NCBI GenBank assembly: GCA_038087875.1
Contig: JAXLNO010000424.1
Span: 186,001-241,724, forward strand
DNA: 55,724 nucleotides
Source: Malacoraja senta
Lineage: Eukaryota
Reading direction: 5' to 3'
Part shown: positions 46,569 to 55,724 of the stretch, piece after piece
Layout: the number at the start of each line of letters is the position of its first letter
Position numbering within the stretch: the first letter of the stretch is position 1
Program-made: the position numbers and the translations under genes
Notes under the pieces: model-generated
The model's input: only the letters and a program-made list of their open reading frames with translations
Databases searched by the model: none
What the model was told of the DNA's origin: nothing

Positions 46569-48064
46569 ACCCAGGATAAAAGGGAAATGTGGCATGGAGG
46601 TGGGAAATCAGCATACTCTTTCCCTGCACCCCCCCCCGACCCTGGTGATGGGAACCCCATCTTTCCCTGCACCCCCCCCCCACACTGGGAACCCCCTCTT
46701 TCCCTGCACCCCCACCCTGGTGATGGGATCCCGCTCTTTCCCTGCACCCCCACCCTGGTGTGAACACTTCCCTCAACACTTTGGTCACTCCGCTCCTTCC
46801 CTGTGTAAGCTCACCTCCCAAACCAGTCGCGTATTTCACTCTATCCCCTTCCACCCGTATCCCTCCCTCCAGCTTTACGTTTCACTCTTCTCGTCTGTTG
46901 CACCTTTTGTCTCCTTGTCAACCCTAGCCAATGTCACAAGCCATCACCCTCTCCCCTCTATCCAATAATCACATAACAGGCTTTGTCCTGCTCCCACCTC
47001 TTTCCCACTTTCTGTGCCCGACTCCATCAGTCTGAAAGGGTCCCAACAGGAAACGACAGCATCTGTCCATTCCCTTTGTGGTCGGGTAGATGGTGCCTGA
47101 TCTGCCAAGTACCTCCAGCACTTTGTTTTGGCCCAGGTTACATTCCCTGGTTAAAGTCATCCTACATGGCTGCTGTTGCAGGGAAAGTAATTTAATGTTG
47201 ATGACACTTGAAGTCTCATTACAAATGATCAATCCTGCCGTTCACCCTACTGTAGTTTTGGAATTTGTCTAAATCAACATTTGGTTTGAGTGTGTTTGTT
47301 GCCAGAATCCATTTCCTCACCTCTCTGCTCTTTTGTGAAGGTGGCCAATTAGTGTTAGTTTCACTTCCACTTTCTCTACCCTACTCCATCAGTCTGAACA
47401 AGGATCCCAACCTGAAACATGTGTCCATTCCCTTTGCAGGCAGGCAGATGTTGCCTGACCCACTGAGTAGCTCCAACACTTTGTTTTAGACCAGGTTACA
47501 TCCCCTGGTTAAAGTCATCCTAGTTGCCTCCTGTTGCACGGAAAGTAGTTTAATGTTCATGACACTTGTGTTTAACTCATTACAATTAAGTAATCTTGCC
47601 CCTTCCATTCACCCAACTGTAGCTTTGTTTGGAATTCGTCTAAATCTATCTTTGGTTTAGTATGTTTGTGTCTGTTGCCAGAATCCATTTCCTCTCCTCT
47701 CTGCTCCTTTCTAAAGGGGTGACCAATTAGTGTTAGTTTCCACCCAGGATCTCCAAAGACTGGGGCCTCTGATGCAGGAAGAGTCTGCCAGGGTGAGACT
47801 GTCTTCCCCATTCTGCCAAATGTTGCGTAAACTGGGCCAAACTTCACTACTGTTCCTTTACTTGTACGTCTCATTTAATTCAAAGTATTTCTTTGTCAGT
47901 TAAAGTAGTATCTGGTTTGTCATGGTGTGTTTCTCCAGATATTTGAACTGCCTGCATGTTCCTATCTCTGTTTGTGCACAGGGTTTCAATGTCCATGGTA
48001 AAGGGCACAGTATCAGGGGCAGTGTCGGGGAGAACACTTCATGTGACATGGTAAGTTTCACATT

Positions 48065-48258
48065 TAGGGACACAGCGCGGAAACAGGCCCTTTGGCCCAC
48101 CGAGTCTGCACCGACCAGCGATCCCCGCACATTAACACTATCCTACACACACTAGGGACAATGTTACATTTATACCAAGTCAATTAACGTACAAACATGC
48201 ACATCTTTGGAGTTTGGGAGGAAAGTGAAGATCTCTGAGAAAACCCACTTAGTCACTG
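48065..48258 (-). mobile_element. Partial V-SINE (HE1-like)
   Basis: Homologous to the 3' part of 3383-3682. Confidence 0.7.
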
Positions 48259-49399
48259 GGCTGGGGGTAAATAATATTATAAACACACAGGGGAACAAAA
48301 AAAAACCCTGTCTGGGGTAAAACTGAAGTAAAGTAAGTTTATTGGCCAAGTATTCACATACAAGGAATTTGCATTGGTGCTCCGCCCACAAGTAACAACA
48401 TGACATAGTGACAGTAAATAATGTTATAATACAGTATAATACAGTAAATCATGTTATAAATACACAGGGGAACAAAATACACACAGCCCCACAGCCATCA
48501 GGATATTGAACTCAACTCAAACAAAACGCTGAACAATAATAGCCCATTATCAGTTTATTTGCACTTTATCTGTTTTATTTATACATGTGTGTATATATTT
48601 ATACAATGGTATATGGACACACTGTCTGTTCTGTATTCATGCCGTCTATATTCTTTTGTGCTGAAGCAAAGCAAGAATTTCATTGTGCTATCTGGGACAC
48701 ACGACAATAAACTCTGTTGAATCTTGAATAAACCCGGTCTGGGGTAAAACGGAGGTAAATAATGTTATAAACACAGGGGAGCTGAATAAACCCGGTAAAA
48801 CATCAGATCATTCGATTCTTGGTCAGGATGTGGCATTTACATCAGAAATAAGACAGGTCTCTTACAGGTCTGTCACCCAGCCTGGTACTGCCCCAGTCCC
48901 ACTATGGCCGTTACCCCCACTCTCCCCACTATGGCAGTCAGTGGGGTTCAGTAAACGGGGGAACCCAGAAGATCTGTCCTGACCCTTTAATTAGGCAGGT
49001 TCGTGAGCCCTTAAAACCTGGGACCTCTGCTGCAGTCTCATTAAATTTCCTATTAAAGCGACTGGAAGATGCCTTGCAGGACTGTCCCCCAGCCTGGAAC
49101 TGCCCCAGTCCCACTATGACCGTGACCCCCACTCTGCACACTGGCAGTCAGTGGGGTTCAGTAAAGGGAGGAACCCACAAGAACTGCCCTCACCCATTAA
49201 TTAGGCTGGTTCAGGAGCAGGACCTCTGCGACAGTATCATTAAAAAAACACACAATTATATTCATCATATTATTTATTTATATGATATAATTATACTTAA
49301 TTATATATGCTTACAGTCATATTTACAAGTCATATATATATATATATATATATATGGCTTACTTCCCCGATTTCATGTTCTAATTAGTTTAATTAATTA

Positions 49400-50195
49400 A
49401 TGTGCAACCTTTGGCACTGATGAGTTATGACATCCTTCTCAATTATATTTCATCTAAATCTGTGGAAAATTTCATGTAGTTCCGTGACGTGGGTCACGAA
49501 AATGGATTTCTAGACACATTTTTGATGCTCGGTCCACAGCCTATGGGTGGAATTCTCAGTGATAAAGTATGCGATGAATTACTTTGTGATACTGAACTGA
49601 CACTTGCCCGAGCTGAACATGCTTGTCGTATTAATGAGACCATGACCTCTCACACCAGGTCATTGGGACCCGGACCGCATTCCTCATACCATGTCGATGC
49701 TACCGACACTTCCTACCGTAAACAGCACTCACAACCACACACATCATCTCGACAATCTCAAAGATTATTGGAAAGTGTTCTAACTGTAGCGGCTCCCACC
49801 CTGCAGATCGCAAACTTTGCTTTGCTCTCGGAAAAACATGCCGTTTTTGCAAACGAAGAAATAATTTCTCAAAATGTTGCAGTACTCGTGGAATCCGATC
49901 ACTCCCAAGGCAGTCCGCACACTGGTTAAAAGATGAAGCTGCTGATAGCAATAATCAAGATTTAGCAGCGCTACCTCCAGCTCTACTCCATGAGCATGAA
50001 GATAGCAGCCATAACATAAACTCCCTGGTTGCTTCCACTAACAAGCAACTCAACCCTGAAGTTTCACTTCATGTCAACAACACCATTAATGTTGCAAAGA
50101 TCGACACTGGAGCCAAATGCAACGTCATGTCATCCGAATTTAAACAGATCAGAAATGCCGAATGTATTGTAAATACTTCGACTACTTTGTTATCC
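49400..50195 (+). mobile_element. Decayed Gypsy/Mag gag-protease remnant
   Basis: GILSDKV.DELL...ELTLARAEHACR, then CSNC..H..C / CRFC knuckles and AKIDTGAKCNVMS, with frameshifts. Confidence 0.7.
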
Positions 50196-50199
50196 TACA

Positions 50200-50514
50200 A
50201 TAGACAATAGGTGCAGGAGTAGGCCATTCGGCCCTTCGATCCTGTACCGCCATTCAATGTGATCATGGCTGATCATTCCCAATCAGTACCCCGTTCCTGC
50301 CTTCTCCCCATATCTCCTGACTCCGCTATCTTTAAGAGTCCTATCTAGCTCTCTCTTGAAAGCATCCAGAGAACCTGCCTCCACCGCCCTCTGAGGCAGA
50401 GAATTCCACAGACTCACAACTCTCTGAGAAAAAGTGTTTCATCGTCTCCATTCTAAATGGCTTATCCCTTATTCTTAAACAGTGGCCCCTGGTTCTGGAC
50501 TCCCCCAACATCGG
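50200..50514 (-). mobile_element. CR1 LINE 3' end
   Basis: Same 3'UTR as the other copies; ends abruptly at the BEL LTR. Confidence 0.85.
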
Positions 50515-51112
50515 TGTAGCGGCAGATTTTTCTTATCTTTTGAGAAACGAGTTCTCTAGCCGCTATTTGGATGAGAATGGATAAGGGGTATATCTTCGAT
50601 ACGCATGCAAGCTTCCTCAGAGACCTTCAGAGCTTCTTCACTCATAAAACTTCAACACACAGTCTTTTGTTGAATAAATGCTTTATTGTTGATTGTAAAC
50701 AGCAAGATACATCCAAGTTTCTTCCAACTCGTTACTGCAATCTTCCTTTAATTCCAACTTGCAACTTTAAACATTACAAAACTCCTCGTGTCTCCATAAC
50801 ATTGACATGGTCGAAGGATTGACCTTCACCATCGTCTCTCCAAACTAATCTAAAAACTAGACTTCTGCGCAAGCAACTAAGCTCCAAACACGCCTAAAAC
50901 ACGTCATAAATCCCACCCACAATACAACGGGCAGTCTAAAATTTAAAGGCACATGCCATCATCAGTGACATGCAAAACAGGCCAAATGGTAACTACATAC
51001 CGGCTCCTAATTGTTCCGAGTATCTAACGAGGCAATTACTAATAAATATTTTAAAAATGGCCATAAAGGCTATACATATATCAAAAGCAAACGGTCAGGG
51101 AATTAAACCCGG

Positions 51113-51187
51113 TGGCTCCTCGTCGGTAAATTGAACCCCGGGCTAACGCGTGACAGGCAGGGATACTAAACACGATACTAACGAGGA
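51113..51187 (-). tRNA. tRNA-Asp(GTC) copy or pseudogene with encoded CCA
   Basis: TCCTCGTTAGTATCGTGTTTAGTATCCCTGCCTGTCACGCGTTAGCCCGGGGTTCAATTTACCGACGAGGAG-CCA; about 10 differences from the vertebrate tRNA-Asp sequence as recalled; anticodon GTC kept. Confidence 0.85.
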
Positions 51188-53414
51188 AAAAATAGCATGC
51201 ACTATATATCCGCAATCATGGCTCTTCATCGACTCTTCCATCTTCACCTCCGCCTTCTAGAAGCAAACACAACTTGGTTATTGGTCTTATTAAAACATAG
51301 TTTTTTGTTTTAAGACGTACCATACGCACCAAACCCCGAACGTCAGGCATGATTTCTAGTATTCCCATCAACCAAGAACCTCGTGATGCTGCAGAGTCAG
51401 CCTTGATAATCCAATAGTTTTTACCAAGTTGGGATAACATATAATTTCTTCCTCCATGTCCAACTTGTTCATGAATATGTCGTAATAATAATGTTATGTG
51501 AAAGTCCTTTGAGAGAATGATAGGACGTTTAGTTTTTACGGGCATTGCCAATTTGTTTAGGCGACCACCCATCCGCAGAAGACCTTCCTCCCAGACTGGG
51601 TCGAGCTTGTACAATTGACTGTTTCTTTTTACCTCCTGTCCTCCAGCTTCCAATGTTTATATTCCTTCTTTGTATTTCTGTCTTTGACAGAAAGAGATGA
51701 TCGCATTTTCCGCCTTGAGGACATCATCAAGATGTAAATCCTGTACAGCATATGAAGCTTCAAAAACTTGCATCTGGCATTCAATCTCTCCTTTCCGTTC
51801 ATCAGGATTCTCTCCCAGGGTACTCTCTGTAATTTGTCTCATTTCCCGAGCCACCAGCAATAATCTTGTTTTTATTTTAAGAAACCAGGCTACCGAAGTT
51901 ATCAATGTATTCCATGATGAAAAGTGGGTAATTAAATTGTTCACGGTGTCATATGAGTCTTTAGCAATCACATTCACCGAAATGTTTTGTTTAATTTCCG
52001 GATCATTTACAGAGATTTCAAATGCAAGTTCAAGCTTTGGCCATTCTCTGCTTGGTTCACAAAGAAACATGGGCCCATTGATCCATCTCCTGTTATTTAG
52101 AAAGCAATTTGCTGTTAGTCCTCTAGAGGCTTTGTCCGCAGGATTTTCTTTGGTGCTAACATATCTCCATTGAGAAACATTAGTAGCTCCCAATACAAAG
52201 GAGACTCTATTTGCTACAAATGTCATAAAGCGTTTGTTTTCATTATTGAAGTATTTCAGAACCGTAGTGCTACCGGTCCAGACGATAGATTCTTCCAGTT
52301 GAAATTGTAGTTCCTTTTGCAGCATTATGTCAATTTTAACAGCTAAGACTGCTACTGTAAGTTCCATTCTGGGAATCGTCATTTGTTTCAGTGGTGCCAC
52401 TCTGGCTTTTCCCAGTAAGAATGCAACATGCACTCTTTTGTTAACATTTTGCAGTCTTAAATATGAAACAGTCCCGTAACCACTTTCACTGGCATCCGAA
52501 AAATGATGCAATTGTGCACTTCTGATCTTACCAAAGTTTTTAGGCTTTATGCACCGATCCACCTTAAACTTTGAAATTTTATGGAGGTCCTTTAACCATT
52601 CTGTCCAACGGTGCGAGGATGTTTGAGTTATACTCTCATCCCATCCAAGTTTTCCATGTAAAATTAACTTGGTTGGCAGTGTAAATGGTGCAAGAAATTC
52701 CATAGGGTCGTATACTGAGCCAATCACAGAAAATATACCCCTTCTTGTACATGGTCGCTCCTGAATCGACAATTTAAACTTAAACACATCTGTTTCCACG
52801 CACCAGTGCAGTCCCAGTGCCCTTTCCATTGGCAAATTGTCTTTAACTAAATCCAACTCCTTGGTTTCTTCAGCTCTGTCATCTGGTGGAATGCTTTCCA
52901 ATACAACACGATTGTTGCTGATCCACTTGGAAAGTACAAATCCTCCCTTATTGCAGAGAGAGGTCAGGTGTTTTACCATTTGAATTGCCTTCTGCTCAGT
53001 AGATATGGATTTTAGGCAATCGTCCACGTAGAAATTATTTTTCAAAGTGGAAATTACCTCCTCTGGGAAATAATGTTTATTATCCTCTGCGGTCTTCCTT
53101 AAAGTGAAGTTCGCACAACTTGGAGATGACACGGCTCCAAAGAGATGTACTTTCATCCGGTAATCAACAAGATCTTGCTGCACATCCCCTTCAGGCCACC
53201 ATAAGATTCGCAGGTAATCAATATGTTCACCAGCTACTTTCACTTGATGAAACATCGATCTGATGTCAGCCATGAACGCAATTGGTTCTTGCCTAAATTT
53301 GATGAGAACTCCAATGAGTGAGTTGGTAAGGTCTGGGCCTTGCAGTAGTTCACTGTTAAGCGATGTACCTTTAAAGACTGCAGCACAGTCAAAGACCACC
53401 CTCAATGTCCCTTT

Positions 53415-53707
53415 CTAGTATTTAACCTCCCCAGCCGGAGGTTCCCTTCGATTTAATCGTCTGTCCCAATCTCTGGGACTAGTATTTAACCCCCTGCCGG
53501 AGGTTCCCTTCGATTTAATCTTCTGTCCCAATCTCTGGGACTAGTATTTAACCCCCCTGCCGGAGGTTCCCTTCGATTTAATCTTCTGTCCCACTCTCTG
53601 GGACTAGTATTTAACCCCCCTGCCGGAGGTTCCCTTCGATTTAATCTTCTGTCCCCCTCTCTGGGACTAGTATTTAACCCCCCTGCCGGAGGTTCCGTTC
53701 GACTTAT
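53415..53707. repeat. ~63-bp tandem repeat (x4.7) inside the BEL element
   Basis: ctagtatttaaccccctgccggaggttcccttcgatttaatcttctgtccc..tctctggga starting at 53415, 53479, 53541, 53604 and 53667. Confidence 0.95.
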
Positions 53708-54994
53708 TGTAACGGCAGATTTTTCTTATCTTTCGAGAAACGAATTCTCTGGCCGCTATTTGGATGAGAATGGATAAGGGGAATATCTTCGATACGCATG
53801 CAAGCTTCCTCAGAGACCTTCAGAGCTTCTTCACTCATAAAGCTTCAACACACAGTCTTTTGTTGAATAAATGCTTTATTGTTGATGGTAAACAGCAAGA
53901 TACATCCAAGTTTCTTGCGACTCGTTACTGCAATCTTCCTTCAATTCCAACTTGCAACTTTAAACATTACAAAACTCCTCGTGTCTCCCTAACATTGACA
54001 TGGTCGAAGGATTGACCTTCTCCGTCGTCTCTCCAAACTAATCTAAAAACTAGACTTCTGCGCAAGCATCTAAGCTCCAAACATGCCCCAAAACACGTCA
54101 TAAATCCCACCCACAATACAACGGGCAGTCTAAAAATTAAAGGCACGTGACATCATCAATGACATGCAAAACAGGCCAAATGGCCACTACACCTGCCATC
54201 TGCTGAATTTCTTCAAGGTTGCGTTAAAGGTGAGATTCAACTTCTGTGTTTCTTTTTGATGGCGGAGCTGTCTGTCTTTGATTGCCCAAACCTGTTCAGA
54301 GAGAGGTCACAATTTAAATTGTTTTCACCTTTTATAAAGTCAAAGAGTCATAGAGTCACACAGCACAGAACCATGTCCTTTGGCTCAACTAGTCTATACC
54401 ATCCAAGTTGCCCTATCCAAGCTAGTGCCATGTGCCTGCAATTCACCCATTTTAGCGGATGCAGAAACGACGACTACGTTTTCTGAACGTTTTTTATTGA
54501 ACACTCGCTCCTTAGCAAACAGGTCTCTGCATACACGTCTGATCACAACGGTGGTCAGCAAAACAACTGTGGCGCCAAAACGAAACCGCACGAAAACAGC
54601 AGCCCCTCCCGAGTCACGTGACCGCGGCTTCCCAACGCCGGGTTCGATATCTGCGTGCGCCAGCAGGCGCCGCTACACCATGACCTTAACCTTTCTTCTC
54701 CAAAGATTCAAATGTATTTTATTGTCATGTGCACCAATTAAGGTACAATTAAACTCAATTTATCATAGTCTTACTAGAAAAAGCAACAAGACACAAAACT
54801 ACAGAAAAGTTAATATAAACATCCACCACAGTGGATTCTCCACATTCCTCACGGTGACGGAAGGCGATAAAGTCTAATCTTCTTCCTCTTTATTCTCCCA
54901 CGGTCGGGGCAGTCGAACCATTCGCAGTCGGGGTGATAGAAGCTCCCGCAGCTGATGATTGAAGCCCCCAGGTCGGGGCGGTCGAAGCTCCTGC

Positions 54995-55335
54995 GGCTTG
55001 GAGCTCCCGAAGTCGATCCCTAACCAAGGGACCACGTGCTCCACGATGTTAAATACGCAGGCTCCCACGGTTGGAGCTCCCGAAGTCGATCCCCGACAGG
55101 GACCACGTGCTCCACGATGTTATATCCTGCAGGCTCCCACGGTTGGAGCTGCCGAAGTCTGTCTCTAACCAAGGGACCACGTGCTCCACGATGTTAAATG
55201 TGCAGGCTCCCATGGTTGGAGCTCCAAGGTCGATCCCCGACAGGGACCACGTGCTCCACGATGTTATATTCTGCAGGTTCCCGAGGTTGGAGCTCCAAGG
55301 TCGATCCCCAGCAAGAGGCTGCCAGCACCTCGATG
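54995..55335. repeat. ~70-bp tandem repeat within a LINE-tailed non-autonomous repeat
   Basis: gggaccacgtgctccacgatgtta...gcaggctcccacggttggagctcc.gaagtcgatccc x4-5. Confidence 0.85.
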
Positions 55336-55724
55336 TTAGGCCAAAGTGCGGATGCGAATGGAGATACGATACGGAAAAAAATGCATCTTCGTCGAGGTAA
55401 GAGATTTTAAAAAGTTTCCCCCAACCTCCCTCCACCCCCCACATAAAATAAAGCTAAAGAACACTAAAACATCAATTTAACACATACTAAAAAACATCAA
55501 AGAAGGAAAAGGACGAGACAGACTGTTGGCGAGGCAGCCATTGCAGCGCCACCCGGCGGTTCATGTACCTACCTAAGTCTCTTTTAAATGCAGTTATAGT
55601 TCCTTCCTCATCGACCTTCTCTGTCAGCTTGTTCCATATAACCACCATCATCTGAGTGAAAAAGCTACCACTCAGGTTCTGTAAAGAATCTATAACGAGG
55701 CATCGTTACTTTACTATCTTTATT

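Larger units (their letters stand above)
50515..54191 (-). mobile_element. Internally deleted BEL/Pao LTR retrotransposon
   Basis: ~484-bp TG..CA LTRs at 50515-50997 and 53708-54191 (diverged). Pol remnant 51657-53405 ([48 protein letters not shown]) and integrase ends 51216-51653 (GGRL, RPITKLCLL). Confidence 0.92.

Noticed and set aside
53415..53707. CRISPR-like periodicity (also 5348-6420, 34905-35130, 54995-55335)
   Set aside because: Whole units repeat with no unique spacers; eukaryotic context and no cas genes.

Overview
Eukaryotic, repeat-rich vertebrate DNA. The repeat complement (HE1/V-SINEs, many CR1 LINE 3' ends, Penelope-derived repeats) points to a cartilaginous fish, probably a skate or ray (inference). 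Host genes: (i) two divergently oriented, paralogous, KRAB-less multi-C2H2 zinc-finger genes, one at 1460-3153 (-) with frameshifts and one at 26654-28132 (+) intact, probably both served by a CpG-island promoter at about 6.7-7.4 kb; (ii) a five-exon, phase-compatible 3' half of a type I membrane receptor (TM plus ITSM/ITIM tail, CD22/Siglec-like) on the minus strand at 10430-14958, which the ORF track does not show. Mobile DNA: a full-length DIRS1-type tyrosine-recombinase retrotransposon (15626-20494) whose three ORFs are chained by ATGA stop/start overlaps; an intact Mag-type Gypsy element with apparently identical LTRs (38139-42862); a deleted BEL/Pao element carrying a CCA-ended tRNA-Asp copy (50515-54191); RTE-X, Rex1, HERO-like and 5'-inverted Vingi-like LINE pieces; Penelope remnants with hammerhead-like cores; mini- and microsatellites; and local segmental duplications. 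All family names come from motif recognition by eye; no database search was run.
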